From NCBI RefSeq assembly GCF_963921235.1, contig NC_086097.1, forward strand, positions 52,144,001-52,208,000: 64,000 nt of DNA, given 5' to 3'. The translations under genes and the position numbers were made by a program. Of the stretch, positions 1 through 15,195 are shown piece after piece (position 1 is the stretch's first letter; every line of letters starts with the position of its first letter). A model generated the notes under the pieces. The model was not told the DNA's origin. It searched no databases and worked only from the letters and a program-made list of their open reading frames with translations. This DNA is from Mobula hypostoma. Taxonomy: Eukaryota.

Positions 1-3000
1 TGGGAAGAATTTCCCCTATTTATTTGTGTTGGTTGTTACTGGTTTTGGGTGTTTCTAACTTCCAGATCACATGAAAATTATGATTCCCAGGCTTGCCAAA
101 ATTTTTATTTCTTGTCAATTTGTTGGTACGTTCTTGTTCTCCCAATTGATACCAGATCAAAAAGAGCATTGTTGCTGTAGTTTCTTTGGCACACTGGATG
201 AAGAAGCAGCCGGGCATTAAATCCATTAGCTCTGCCCAAAGCACTGTGTGTGAAACAGGCCTTATTACCAACACAGACTGTGGCGTAAGCAGAGGTACTA
301 GGATAGCTTATGAGGCAGTGAGGAGAGGCTTGGGATGTGGATCAAAGCGTAAATCACATTGAGCATAGGAAACTCCAGGAAAAGGCAGTGTGTTAGGGTG
401 AGCAGGATCAAGGGCATCGCAATCTGAAGTTCATATCTGGATTACTTGGTGGTGGCCACAGGAATGGGATTTTGGTTGGTGGTCATGAATGAACTCCCAT
501 TTACAGAACTCGGAGGATCCAAGAACAAGCAAATCTCTCAATGTGTCATGGTACAGTTCCAAGGGGAAAGCATTCTGTACTCTGAATCTTGTACTCATTT
601 CCCTTCTTAGGATTGGATTGGAATTTTGCCATGCTCTTGATAGACTCAATTAGTGGTATGCCATGCTGATGGTTATGGTCCTGCCAAGTTATTTTTTAAC
701 ACTCTTACTATGTATCTGCATTATAGAATGGGTGTCTTTCTTCAGTTTCCGCTTTACTTACAGCTCTCCACAGATTCATGTTACTTGCTGAGTTTTTCTG
801 TCCATGGAGACATTATCCAGCTCTACTTCTCATTGTCTCAAATAGTTTCCTCCCTTACTTCTTTCAATGAATGTTGAATCAATCCAATTTGCATGCCTAA
901 ATATTGAAAGAGGAAATTTCTCATCAGAAGTAATCAGTAAATTGGCATCTCGTTCAGCTCCATCAGTCTGAGAAGGACTGAATATTGTGCAAGAATGCCG
1001 GAAGATACCAATATTATCAGGTCATTTAACGTGGACATCATAGGGGAATGACAGTTCCCTTGTATTTTTGCAGTACTCGTGTGCCTTTAATGTATTAGTT
1101 ATCTGCACTGCGATCCATGAAGTGCGATGATATTATTTACTTGGGTTTAGTTTTGACGAGTAGTATTTTCAAATAGCACTTCTAAGTATTATTCTCTGCA
1201 AAAAAAAATTAAGAAGTTACTGAACATTGTGACAACAGCAATATACCAATTGTAAAACAGGCTCCAAATCAATCCAATACTTTGGATAGGAACAGGAAGT
1301 ATAAAAGGAAATACTCTAAAGGAAATTTGACCAAAGCTGGGGTCAGAGATAAATTGGATGTTGCTTTGTAAGTCTTTTAGTGATTGAAACTGTAGTAGTG
1401 AATGGATCAATCAAATGAAAAAGAGAATACAATGTTTAAAAAGAAAATAATTTGAACAGATTTAAAAATCTAAATTGAAGCATTTGCATAAAATATTGTA
1501 TGACCATTATATGATCCAATTTGCTTTGCAACCCAGGTTGTGTTTGTGAGGTGTGGTCACCAGATTATTGTACGAAGTGAGGCAATTCATTCAATCAAAG
1601 AATCTACATCTCATGTTCTCACTATTTATTGTTGTCATTATTTCTATTCTCTTTTTTGCATTTGCACAGTTCATTGGTTTTTCATACAATGGTTGTCCGT
1701 CCTGTTGGGTATAGTCTTTCATTGATTCGAATGTGATGTTTGTGTTTACTGTGAAAACAATAGATCCCCCATTGAACTTGACCTTGAGCCATATTTAGAG
1801 GGTGAAAGAGCAGCACAAGCTGCAGATTTAGAGAGCAAAATTATCTTTCATTTTAATTGTGTGTTACAATCACTTTGGTATTTGGGTAGCTAACTTCTTG
1901 CCCACTTTCTGGGTGAGATAGTGGTTGTTTAAGGAAAGGAACTTAAGAGGAGCAAATAATTTTTTAGTAAGAGAGGACATTCCACCAACTAAAATTTAAA
2001 ATTACAATACCTTAGGAGGATTTTAATTTAAATAAAAAGTCATTGAAGCCTGTTAAAATGTAGAGTACTATACAAGGTGACGATAGCATGTTACCCATTT
2101 AGATTATCATTATCCATAGCATATCTCTCATGAAAATTAAATTTCATGATAAATATAGAATAATGTGTGGAGTTCACGCCAAGTTATTAAAGCACAAAAA
2201 ATGCAACAAATGGAAGGCTGGAAAAGTAGAGATGAGAATTGCCTCCAAGTGCTAGACAATTTGTGTTGTGCCCTGCCATCTTTACTAAAGCATGGGGCCA
2301 GCCTCAAGCCTTCCCTTGAGTGCTCTGAAATTGCTGCTTTTATATGGCTAGCACCAAGGGGAAATTATAAAAATTGAACTCTTTGTATAAAAACTAAAAG
2401 TATTAACAAATTCATTTAAATGAATGAACTGAAAGTAAAATGAAGGATGCCCCAAAAAAAAATTGTTTTACTGGACACAAATGTCACTGGTTAAGAAATG
2501 CTGTTAATGACAGTATAATAACGAAAACATGTTTCTGCCTTGGAGAGGAAACTCATCCAATTTATTCGTCTACTTAGCTATATAATGTATAGCTTTCAGT
2601 GAGAATTGAAAACCAATTTGAATCCTGGACCACTGAAATTACTAAAGAAAATTCAACCCTCAATCCTGAGTGTTAGCATTGAGCAGGAACCCAAGTGAAA
2701 TGACTGTGTTAATTTTGTGTAAGAGTAGATCAGAGCCCCTGACGCCCCAAATCCTTTTCCCCGTGTTGTAGAGTGCATAGTGAGAGATTCTCTTTTTGCC
2801 TGGATGAGTGCAAACTCAAAGCTTGATACCATTCAGAACAAAGCTGCCTAGCTGATTGACATCCCATACACTGACCTAAGCATTAATTTCTTCCATCATA
2901 ACTACAAAGTACACTTTACTCAGACGCCATCTCCCAAGCTCAACTGCCAAGAACGTGGTGGGTAATGCATGCAAGTGAACACTGCTATTGCTGTTGCCTC

Positions 3001-5710
3001 TTGAGTTGCTTATAACTGCTGGTCTAAAACTGCTTTCTCGACAGAATTGTTGGAGTAACCTTCTCGGAATGTTGGATGGGATCATTGACCTTTTATTTTT
3101 CCCCAATTCATGGTGTCTTGCCCTTATTCTTTGGTTATGAGTATGATTATAACCGCAGGCCGATTATGATTGTCAGGCAGACACTCATTTTATAACATTG
3201 AAAATGCAGTATGATAAGGCTTCGTTACTTTAATTTAATAATATTGGTAATAAACTAGTAGAGAAGGGCAATTTGCTTGGAGCAAGTTCCATGATGACAA
3301 CTTTCCATAGCGTCAGTTTCCATTTTAAAAATACAGACGAGAATTTGCATTGATAATAGTGTTATGCCAAATAGTAGCAGAAATATGAGCATGATAAGTA
3401 GAATTTTGTTGATGGCACTGTTATATTATATGATATCTAAGATACTGAGGTGATAGGTATAAAATACATGGGAATCTGTAGAGCAGTGTCTGTAAATTAC
3501 CTGAGATAAGGCAGCCAATGAACCTATCAACATCACATAGCATTATGCATGGCCTAAAGACACAAACAGGCAAACCTAATCCTTGAGCATTAAACTGAAG
3601 AAGCTTGCTAGTAAGGCAGCTGTCAAATGGCGTTGGATTTCTGTAATCTTTCCGAGAAGAAATTGAATGGACCATATACTGTGAGTAAGGTGTGGAACTG
3701 GTTTGGAGCTGGTAGTCAGGGAGCATTCCTACTCCCCATGCCTCTACAGGAACTAGGTAACTTGTAACTTCTCTTCCTTCACAGCTTCCGAAGAATCTGG
3801 GGTGCAGAGGGCTTGGAATGATTCACTTTGAAAAGATGCCCTTAAGGAGGGAACTGCTGACGGCACCAAATTGACGAGTCTCTTTACTTCAGCAGTGTGA
3901 TGGGGAAAAAGGACATAGTTTTCTGCTTTGATGTCTCTGCATAAATGCAGATTGTGAGATTAATTAAATCACAAAATTATGTATTACGATGACCAAGTTA
4001 TTTGACTTTTCGTGGCATGGCCTGTGTGGAAAGCTGTTGTGCTCTGAGGCGATCAAATTTGATTGATTTAAATGGTTTACACTGTGACCTTCCTTTGTAT
4101 AATGATGAAAGCATTGCACAGTGCTGACAGCCTTATCACTGTCTTATTGCCAATGATTCAGACTTTCATGAAATTATTTTGTTGAATTCTAAGATTAAAA
4201 GATAAATTATGAGTTTATGATTAGTGTGTAGTGATATGATGGATCTTAAAGTTCTTTGTGTAGCAATTTGCAGCTGCAGTGTGTGGGGGTATGTACATCA
4301 ATAGCTTCTTTGCAGAGTTTAACATTATGATTAACTAGCTTTGAGTTTACTCAAAGATGTTTTCTCCATTGACATGTTGTGCAACATTTTTGTAAAACTG
4401 CCTCTTTTCCAAATCATGAGACTTCCTATTATCTTCTGGCCAAATACTGCCTGACAGATTAACCTCCAATGCTGTGATGAGGGCAAGACCACATCCAGAG
4501 CTCTCACAGAAAGCTCAGAATTGCGAATGCATACTACTCTGGAGTATTTAAAAAGCCAGTTATTATTTCAATCTGATGAGATTGCTTAGACCAAGGGAAA
4601 GCAAAACTACTTTGTCAACCAAACTCATTGTCTAGTAAATGAAAATCTTAAGTACTACATTCTCTGAAACATCTGCATGACTTCATTCTAATCTCTTAAT
4701 CATCTCAAATGTGGGTGTTATTCTGCTGGCTGCTGGGACTTCAACAACCAAGCCTCTGACCTCTGACGTTCCTGGCATCAATTTGCCTTCCTTCTTGTGA
4801 AATCAATGGATCTTTGACAGAAACATTATTTCTGTTTCAATTTCCACAGGTGCTGCTTCACCTTGTGAGTGTTTTCAGTACAAAACTATGTTAATTAATA
4901 ATGATTTGATATTGAAGACTCTCTAATCTTGTATTATAATCACATTTATTTGAGGTATTGTGGTAGTGCAAAGGGGGAGTTTCCCATCATTCCAAATAAG
5001 ATAAGATAGTTCTTAGAAAAATCCCTAATAATGGAAGAAAACTTGTAGATTGAGGATATTTCTATGAATATATTAAATAAATGCTTATGAATGGTGGAAG
5101 CTGGACTTTGATATATTAATGTATGAAATGTTCTGTTCATTTTAAAGAAAATGAAGATACCATCCCTGTGAATTCAGAATCTCAATACAGTATGATATTA
5201 CTATCAGATCCACATTGTCAGTAGAGGTTAAAGTTTGACATTAACAATTGGAATTGGAACTCATTTATTATTGTCACGTACTGAGGTATAGTGAAAAGCT
5301 CGTCTTCCTTACTGAACACACAGATCAGATATTACACAGTGCATTGAGGTAAAACAAGGTAACGCAATAGTATAATGCAGAATGAAGTGCAACAGGTACA
5401 GAGAAAGTGCAGTGCAGGAAGGCAATAATGTGCAAGATCATAATGAGATAGATTGTGAGGCCAAGAATCCACCTTATCATAGTAGGGAACCATTCAACAG
5501 TGGGGTGAGAGGCTTGCCATGGATCACCTGAGGTGGGTAGGGACTCTTATTATGCTGGCTGCTTTGGCGGATCAGTGAGTGGCGTGGATAGAGTCCATGG
5601 GGGTGGGGGGGGGGCTGGTTTCCATGATGTGCTGAGCTGTGCCCATAGCTCTCTGCAGTTTCTTGCAGTCATGGACAAAGCAGTTGCAATTGTGTTTTAA
5701 TGTTGTTTGA

Positions 5711-5917
<207 letters not shown>

Positions 5918-7386
5918 TGACCTAATTTGCATTACAAAACATAATTGTTGAAGGTGATTGCAAATAATAGCAAAAGGAGGTTTGAGTGGTTTGTGAATAG
6001 TAACTGACATGAAAATTACCATAGATGCCTTTCATTACACAGACTGAATTAGAGTTAATATGGTTACTGTATGCTTATGGTAGTAAAGCGCATGCAATTG
6101 ATGCATTCATAGAACTTTCAATTGTCCAATTCATACGTGACACTTTTAGAATGAACCAGGTTCAGTTTCTTATACAAGGAGGAGAAAAGGGGTCATGAGG
6201 GATTCTAATATGCAGGGAGATTGGGGAAAACCAGGTTGGTGCTGGATCCCAAAAGAAGGATTATGTGGAATGCCCGTGAGGTGGCTTTTTACAGCAGCTT
6301 ATGGTCAAGCCCACCAGGGAAAAGGCAATTCTGGATTGGGTGTTGTGTAATGAACCAGATTTGATGAGGGAGATTAAGGTAAAGGAACCCTTAGGAAGTA
6401 ATGATCATAATAATGATAGAATTCACCTGACAGTTTGAGAAGGAGAAGCTAAAATTGGATATAGTGGTATCACAGTTGGGTAAAGATAACAACAGAGGCA
6501 TGAGAGAGGAGCTGGCCAAAATTAACTGTAATGAGACACTAGCAGGGATGACAGCAATGGCTGGAGTTTCTGGAGGTCCATCCGCAAGAAAAAGAATCAC
6601 TCTAAAGGAAGGATGAGGCTGACAAGGGAAACTAAAGACAGCATAAAAGCAAATGGGAGGGCATACAATAAAGCAAAAAAAAAAGTGGAAAGTTAGTGGA
6701 TTGTAAAGTTTTTAAAAAACCAACAGAAGGCAACTAAAAAACAATAAGTAGAGCTATGATTAAATACGAAGGTATGCTAGCCAATAATAGGATACCAGAA
6801 GTTGTTTCAGATATATAAAGGGTAAAAGAGAGGCAAGAGTGGACATTGAACCACTGGAAAATGATGCTGGAGAGATTGTAATAAAGAACAAAGAAATAGC
6901 AGAAAAACTGAGTAAGTATTTTGCATCCGTCTTCACTGTAGATGACACCAGCAGCATGCCAGAAATTTGAAAATGTCAGGGAGCAGAAGTGAGTGTAGTC
7001 GTTATTACTAAACAGAAAGTGCTTGGGAAGCTGAAAGGTCTGAAGGTAGGTAAGTTACCTGGATCAGATGGACTACACCCTAGTGTTCTGAAAGAGGAAG
7101 CTGAAGAGATTGTGGAGGTTCTGGAGGACTGGAACATTGCAAATGTCTCTCTGATCTTTAGGAAAGGAGGGAGACAAAAAAAGGAAATTAGAGTCAGATA
7201 GCTTGACTTCAGTGCTTGGCAAGGTATTAGAGCCCTTTGTTAAGAATGAGTTTTCGGCATATTTGAGGCACACAATAAAATAAGCCAGTGTCAGCTTGGT
7301 CTCCTTAAGGAGAAATCTTGCCTGACCAATCTGTTGAATTTTTTAAAGGAGATAACAGGTAATATAAACAAAGGCGAGTCAGCAGA

Positions 7387-7537
7387 AGCACAAGGAAATC
7401 TGCAGATGCTGGAAGTACAAATAACACACACAAAATGCTGGTGGAACGCAGCAGGTCAGGCAGCATCTATAGGAAGAGGTACAGTTGACGTTTCGGGCCG
7501 AGACCCTTTGTCAGGAAAAAACGTCTTGGCCCGGAAT
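7387..7537 (-). mobile_element. Short Penelope-like insertion with degenerate hammerhead motif
   Basis: Flanked by 9-bp duplication GTCAGCAGA (7378-7386, 7538-7546). The minus strand reads CTGACAAAGGGTCTCGGCCCGAAACGTC, homologous to the 47012-47243 element. Confidence 0.75.
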
Positions 7538-7591
7538 GTCAGCAGATGTTGTTTACTTGAAAGGCCTTTGACAAGATGCCACACATGAGGC

Positions 7592-8120
7592 TAGGGTTGC
7601 CAGCTGTCCCTTATTAGCTGGGACATCCCGTGTATTGGGCTAAATTTGGTTTGTCCCATACGGGACTGCCCTTGTCCCATATTTCCCCCGCTAAGGTAGA
7701 GCGTTCCTATGAAACCGTTCGTAAGTCGAAATGGTGTAAAGCGCAGAAGCAATTGCCATTAATTTATATGGGAAAAATTTTTGAGCATTCTCAGACCCAA
7801 AAAATAACCTACCAAATCATACCAATAACATATAAAACCTAAAATAACACTAACATATGGTAAAAGCAGGAATGATATGATAAATACACAGTCTATATAA
7901 AGTAGAAATAATATATGCAGAGTGTATTAGAATCGAGAAGATTAAGCCAAAACCGATTTGTAGAAAAAAATCGGCACGTACATGCATGCGCACGTCACGC
8001 TTGTGCACACAGGTGCCCGCGCAGGGCTTCATGGTCATGGTAGTCTTTCTCAGGGTAAACACAAGTGTCCCGTATTTGACTGCTACTTTTGTCCTTGATT
8101 TGGGAGTGAGAAAGTTGGCA
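7592..8120. mobile_element. Non-autonomous DNA transposon, hAT-like MITE
   Basis: Starts TAGGGTTGCCA and ends in a partial inverted TGGCA. Flanked by duplicated TGAGGC(T) at 7586 and 8122. Interrupts the CR1 RT at the DKMPHMRL motif. Confidence 0.6.
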
Positions 8121-8610
8121 TTGAGGCTGTTAAACAAGCTGAAAGCCCATTGCATTATGTGAAAGATACTAGCATGGACAGCAGGTAGGCTAACTGGCAG
8201 ATGGAAAAGAGTCGGAATAAAGGGGGCCTTTTCTGTTTGGCTGCTGGTGAATAGTGATGTTCCACAGGGGTCAGTGTTGGGACCACTTCTTTTCATGTTA
8301 TATGTCCATAATTCATTTGATGGAATTGATGGCTTTGTGGTCAAGTTTATGAAGGATACAAAGATAGGTGGAGGGGCAGGCAGCATTGAGGAAGCAGGGA
8401 GTCTGCAGAAGCACTTTGACAGATTAGGAGAGTGGGCAAAGATGTGGCAGATGGAATACAGTGCTGGGAATGCTCAGTCAACCGCTTTGGTAGAAGGAAT
8501 AAAAGTGTAGAATATTTTCTAAATGGAGACTGAATTCGGAAATTAGAGATGCAAAGGAACATGGGGAGTCCTAGTGCTGGGTTTGCCAAAGGTTAACTTC
8601 TAGGTTGGGA

Positions 8611-11600
8611 TAGAAACATAGAAAACCTACAGTACAATACAGGCCCTTCGGCCCACAAAGTTGTGCCAAACATGCCCCTACCTTAGAAATTACTAGGCTT
8701 ACCTATAATCCTCTATTTTTCTAAGCTCCATGTACCTATCCAAAAGTCTCTTAAAAGACCCTATCATATCCACCTCCACCACCGTCACTGGCAGCCCATT
8801 CCACACACTCACCACTTTCTGAGTAAAAAACTTACCCCTGACATCTCTGTACCTACTCCCCAGCACCTTAAACCTGTGTCCTCTTGTGACAACTATTTCC
8901 GCCCTGGGAAAAAGCCTCTGACTATCCACACGATCAATGCCTCTCATCATCTTATACACCTTTATCAGGTCACCTCTCATCCTCCGTCACTCCGAGGAGA
9001 AAAGGCCGAGTTCACTCAACTTATTCTCAGAAGGCATGCTCCCCAATCCAGGCAACGTCCTTGTAAATCTCCTCTGCACTCTTTCTATGGCTTCCACATC
9101 CTTCCTGTAATGAGGCGACCAGAACTGAGCACAGTACTCCCAAGTGGGGTCTGACCAGGGTCCTATATAGCTGCAACATTACCTCTTGGCTCCTAAATTC
9201 AATTCCACGATTGATGAAGGCCAATACACTGTACGCTGCCTTAATCACAGAGTCAACCTACACAGCTGCTTTGAGCGTCCTATGGACTCGGACCCCAAGA
9301 TCCCTCTGATCCTCCACACTGCCAAGAGTCTTACCATTAGTACTATATTCTGCCATCATATTTGACCTACCAAAAGGAACCACTTTGCACTTATCTGGGT
9401 TGAACTCCATCTGCCACTTCTCAGCCCAGTTTTGCATCCTGTCAATGTCCTGCTGCAACCTCTGACAGCTCTCCATACTATCCACAACACCTCCAACCTT
9501 TGTGTCATCAGCAAACTTACTAACCCATCCCTCCACTTCCTTATCCAGGTCATTTATAAAAATCATGAAGAGTAAGGGTCCCAGAACAGATCCCTAAGGT
9601 TCTCCGCTAGAGACTGACCTCCATGCAAAATATGACCCATCTACAACCACTCCTTGCCTTCTATGGGCAAGCCAGTTCTGGATCCACAAAGCAATGTCCC
9701 CTTGGATCCCATGCTTCCTTACTTTCTCAATAAGCCTTGCATGGGGTACCTTATCAAATGCCTTGCTGAAATCCATATACACTACATCTACTGCTCTTCC
9801 TTCATCAATGTGTTTAGTCACACCCTCAAAAAATTCAATCAAGCTCATAAGGCACGACCTGCCCTTGATAAAGCCATGCCGACTATTCCTAATCATATTA
9901 TACTTCTCCAAATGTTCATAAATCCTGCTTCTCAGGATCTTCTCCATCAACTTATTCTTGAATAAAGGAAAAACATCCGCAACCCTCCAATCCTCCGGAA
10001 CCTCTCCCGTCCCCAATGATGATGCGAAGATCATCGCCAGAGGCTCAGCAATCTCCTCCCTCGCCTCCCACAGTAGCCTGGGGTACATCTCATCCGGTCC
10101 TGGCAACTTATCCAACTTGATGCTTTCCAAAAGCTCCAGCACATCCTCTTTCTTAATATCTACATGTTCAAGCTTTTCAGTCTGCTGCAAGTTATCAATA
10201 CAATCACCAAGATCCTTTTCCATAGTGAATACCGAAGTAAGGTATTCATTAATTACCACTGGGATTTCCTCCGGTTCCATACATACTGTCCCACTGTCAT
10301 ACTTGATAGGTCTTATTATTTCACGCCTTATCTTCTTGCTCTTCGCATACGTGTAGAATGCCTTGGGGTTTTCCTTAATCCTGCCCGCCAAGGCCTTCTC
10401 GTGGCCCCTTCTGGCTCTCCTAATTTCCTTCTTAAGCTGCTTCCGATTAGCTTTATAATCTTTTAGATCTCTAACATTACCTAGCTCTCTGAACCTTTTG
10501 TAAGCTTTTCTTTTCTTCTTGACTAGATTTATTACAGCCTTTGTACACCACGGTTCCTGTACCCTACCATAACTTCCCTGTCTCATTGGAACGTACCTAT
10601 GCAGAACTCCACACAAATATCCCCTGAATATTTGCCACATTTCTTCCGTACTTTTCCCTGAGAACATCCGTTCCCAATTTAAGCTTCCAAGTTCCTGCCT
10701 GATAGTCTCATAATTCCCCTTAATCCAATTTAACGCTTTTCTAACTTGTCTGTTCCTATCTCTCTCCAATGCTATTATAAAGGAGGTAGAATTATGATCA
10801 CTAACTCCAAAATGCTCTCCACTGAGAGATCTGACCAGGTTCATTTCCCAATACCAAATCAAGTACAGCCTCTCCTCTTGTAGGCTTATCTACATATTGT
10901 GACAAGAAACCACCTTGAACACACCTAACAAACTCCACCCCATCTAAACCCCTTGCTCTAGGGAGCTGCCAATCGATATTTGGGAAATTAGAATCTCCCA
11001 TCATGACAACTCTTATTATTACACCTTTCCAGGATCTGTTTCCCTATCTGCTCCTCGATATCCCTGTTACTATTGGGCTGCCTATATAAAAAAAAAACAC
11101 TCAGTAAAGTTATTAACCTCCACCCACAGAGACTCCATACACAATTCCTCCACGGCGTCCACCTTTTCTACAGCCGTGACATTATCTCTGATCAACAGTG
11201 CCACGCCCCCACCTCTTTTGCCTCCCTCCCTGTCCTTTCTGAAACATCTAAAACCCAGCACTTGAAGTAACCATTCCTGTCCCTGAGCCATCCAAGTCTC
11301 TGTAATGGCCACTGCATCATATCTCCAAGTACTGATCCACGCTCTAAGCTCATCTGCTTTGTTCACAACATTACTTGTGTTAAAATAGACGCATCTCAAA
11401 CCTTCAGTCTGAGTACGTCCCTTCTCTATCACCTGCCTATCCTCCCTCTCGCACTGTCTACAAGTTTTCTCTATTTGTGAGCCAACCTCCTCTTCCCCAG
11501 TCTCTTCAGTTCGGTTCCCACCCCCCAACCATTCTAGTTTAAACTCTCCCCAGTAGCTTTAGCAAACCTCCCTGCCAGGATATTGGTCCCCCTGCGATTC

Positions 11601-12083
11601 AAGTGCAACCCATTCTTTTTTACAGGTCACACCTGCCCCAAAAGAGGTCCCAATGATCCAGAAATCTGAATCCCTGCCCCCTGCTCTAATCCCTCAGCCA
11701 CGCATTTATCCTCCACCTCAATCTATTCCTATTCTCACTGTCGCATGGCACAGGCAATAATCCCAAGATTACTACCTTTGTGGTCCTGCTTCTCAGCTTC
11801 CTTCCTAACTCCCTGTAGTCTGTTTTCAGGACCTCATCCCTTTTCCTACCTATGTCATTGCTACCAATATGTACCACGACTTCTGACTGCTCTCCCTCCC
11901 ACTGCAGGATATCTTGGATACGACCTGAAACATCTCGGACCCTGGCACCTGGCACCTGCATCCACAGAATCGCCTGTCTGACCCCCTAACTATAGAGTCC
12001 CCTATCACTGCTGCCTTCCTCTTCCTTTCCCTACCCTTCTGAGCCACAGGGCCAGACTCTGTGCCAGAGGCACGGCCACTGTT
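8611..12083 (-). mobile_element. Near full-length CR1 LINE (ORF1 SGNH-esterase remnant, APE endonuclease, RT), pseudogenised
   Basis: ORF1 motifs VIGDSIVRG and VVHIGSND; EN motifs AITETW, MGDSNFPNIDW and SDHN; RT motifs YMDFSKAFDKVPH and KFADDTK; TTTCTATG-type tail at 8611-8625; multiple stops and frameshifts. Confidence 0.93.
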
Positions 12084-13071
12084 GATAGGAGTAAGGAAAG
12101 CATATGCAATGTTAGCATTCATTTCTAGAGGAGTAAAATATAAAAGCAAGATTATAATAAGGATTAATGTAGCCTTCGTCAGACCACATTTGGAATAGTG
12201 TGAGCAATTTTGGGCCCCATATTTTAAAAAATGATGTGCTGGCATTAGAGGTTTATGAGAATGATCCCAGTAATGAAAGGGTTAATGTTTGAGGAGTGTT
12301 TGATAGCTCTGGGCCTGAACTTGTTGAAATTTAGAAGAAGGAAGAGAATCTCATTGAAACCTATTGAATATTGAAAGATCTAGATAGAGCGGATGTGGAG
12401 AGGATGTTTTCTGTAGTGAGAGAATCCAGGATTAGAGGGCAGAGCTTCAGAATACAAGGACTACCTTCAGAACAGAAATGAGGAGGATTTTCTTTAGCCA
12501 GTGGGTGGTGAACCTGTGGAATTTGCTGTCAGACGTCCGTGGAAGTCAGGTCATTGTAGAAGATGATAGGTTATTAATTAATAAGGGCATCAAAGGTTAT
12601 GAGGAGAAGGCAGGAAAATGGGTTTGCGATGGAAAATAAATCCGCCAAGGTTGAATGGCAGAGAAGGCTGAATGGGCTGAGGGGCCCATCTGCTGGTATG
12701 TCATATGGAAAGGACACACATCAACACCCTGGTGATGGTAATGTATGTTACGTTGAGAAAGCACAAAGCTGCCGCAAAAGACAAATATCAGCCTGTCTGC
12801 ATTTGAACATGTGCAATCCATAATATGTGAGCTGAATGCACTCCAGTTCCAGGAATTCAGATCAGATGGAATTGGACCACAAAATGAGTTAGCACCACGT
12901 TAGATGTCGGTTTACTCTACCCAATTGACTTAATTCATCAACTTTTGGATCCTAATTTAGGATGTGGAGATTTATTTTAGTTAACTTGGCATGAGAAAAT
13001 GAATTTTCCTTGTTTATTTGTTTTGGTTTCATGCATAAGGCACACAATCAGAAATTCTGTGGAAAATCTGA

Positions 13072-13188
<117 letters not shown>

Positions 13189-13519
13189 TGAGACTAAAGT
13201 GATGGAAGATTTTTTTTTTAAGCTTTAGCTAAGATGATAAGCCAATAATAGTTTTTAAGGATGCACATATTTGTAAAGTGGTTTTGATTAAATTACAGTG
13301 TCCATAAATATTCAGTAATTAAATTGTTTACAGCGTGTGCACAGATGTTCTCAATGCTTCAGTGAATTTACTTGTGTCTTTCGCTCAGGATGAAGTCAAT
13401 CTATTTTATCATTTCCATTTGTTCAGCTTTTTTTCTGCATTATTGCTTTAAGCTGCACAATTCACAAAGTGCAGGAGAAATCGGAGAAATGATAGAAAAG
13501 AGTTCTGTCTCCTTGTCTA

Positions 13520-13960
13520 ATATTAGAATCAGGTTTATTATCACTGACTTGTGTTGTGAAATGTGATGTTTTTTGACAGGAGTACAGTGCAACATAAAAC
13601 ATTACTACAAGCTAGGGTGAATGATGAGGTGGTGCTCGTGGACTGTTCAGTAATCTGATGGTAGAGGGCAAGAAGCAATTATTAAACCTTTAAGTGTGGG
13701 CCTTCGGGCTCCTGTACCTCCTTCACAATGGTAGAAATGAGACGAGGGTATGTCCAGAATAGTGAGGGCACTTAATGATTGATGCTGTCTTCTTGAGGCA
13801 CTTTCTGAGGATGCCTTTGATGGAGGCTTCTGCCAGTGGTGGAGCTTGCTGAGTTGACACCCCTCTGCAGCCTCTTTCCATCCTGAACATTGGAACCTCC
13901 ACACCAAGCAGTAATGCAGCCAGTCCAAGTGCTGTCAACGGCACATCCGTCCTAAACCTT
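13520..13960 (-). repeat. Decayed Rex1/L2-type LINE 3' fragment
   Basis: Translation remnants CLKKTASIIK.PHYSGH.L.S.LP resemble those at 39840-40525; AATAAA-containing tail. Confidence 0.6.
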
Positions 13961-14719
13961 TCATCAATCGATTCATTAATGTATATATCAATGCCTCTCC
14001 CAACACACGCCTTCACAATAATGCCTCTGAAAGGGAAAACTTTACAAAAATACCTTATCAGGCATTCAGAAGCAGGAGCAGGGAATCCAACCCATCGAGC
14101 CTTCTCTGCCATTTACCAAAATCATGGTTGATCTTCTACCTCAGCCCCATTCTCCCATGCTCTCCTACATTATAGGTTTCTGCATTTTTGTCCACGTCTG
14201 ATATTCAGCTATGTATTACAGCGTGGCTTGTTGGTAGAGTATCTCAGTTAAGTGCATGTTGAGTATAAAGACAATCATTAACAAAGAAATAGTGCAAGTC
14301 CACAGCTAGGTATTCCTTGAGTCTGAAAAGAGAGCTATCATGTGCAAATTAGAGGTTTAATGGTATCCATTTGGCTGAAAAAATAGTCCTCTGCCTGTTG
14401 TGTATTGGGGATGTAATGACACTGTTTACTTGTCTCTCCAACCAGCATTTGAAATCATACTCTCTCCACTGCTGCTACATTTTGGCAGCTGTCTGCATCA
14501 TCCATAGAATACACTGTGGCTGCTTGCAAATGTTGCTCCGATAGCACCTCTGAAGTACTCTGACCTCTAGCATTGAAGAACTCAGGGGAAATTTGCCACA
14601 CCTCTAGGTTTAGCTCCATCATACTGAATTCAAAACCTCAAAATTTTCCCATAAATTACAGCGTTGAAGTAATTTTAAGCTCATGACTATAGCAGGTCGA
14701 GGGATTCTCTCCACAAGAC

Positions 14720-15195
14720 GATAAAGCATACAGTAGGAGCAGAATTAGGCTATTCAGCCCGTCACATCTGCTCTGCCATACCGTCATGGCTGATTTATGA
14801 TCTCTCTCAAACCCATTCTCCTGTCTTCTCAGTAACCTTTGCTCTGACTAATCAAGAACCTGTCAAACTCCTCTTTAAATATACTCAATGACTTGGCCTC
14901 CGCAGCTGTCCGTGGCAATGAATTCCACAGATTCACCATCTTCTGGCTAAATTCCCCCTCATCTCTGTTCTAAATAGATGTCCCTCTATCCTGAGGCTGT
15001 GCCCTCTGGTCCTAGACACCCCCACGATGGGATGCATCCTCTCCACATCCAGTTTATCTAGGCCTTTCAATATTCGATAAGCTTCAATGAGATCCCCCTC
15101 ATTCTTCTAAACTCCAGCAAGTACAGGCCCAGAGCCATCAAAAGCTCCTCATTCATTAACACTTTCATTCCTGTAATCATTCTCCTCTGGACCAT
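14720..15195 (-). mobile_element. CR1 3' fragment
   Basis: Same 3' ORF2/UTR sequence type as the other CR1 copies (reverse complement of GLYLLEFRRMRGDLIE, NLWNSLP). Confidence 0.8.

Larger units (their letters stand above)
6190..12710 (+). mobile_element. Decayed CR1 LINE (ORF2 EN-RT to 3' UTR), host of three nested insertions
   Basis: Broken-frame motifs include KLPGSDGLHP, DWNIANV, KSCLTNLL and VPQGSVLGPLLF. The element resumes at about 12089 and runs to a CR1-type 3' UTR. Boundaries are approximate. Confidence 0.85.
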
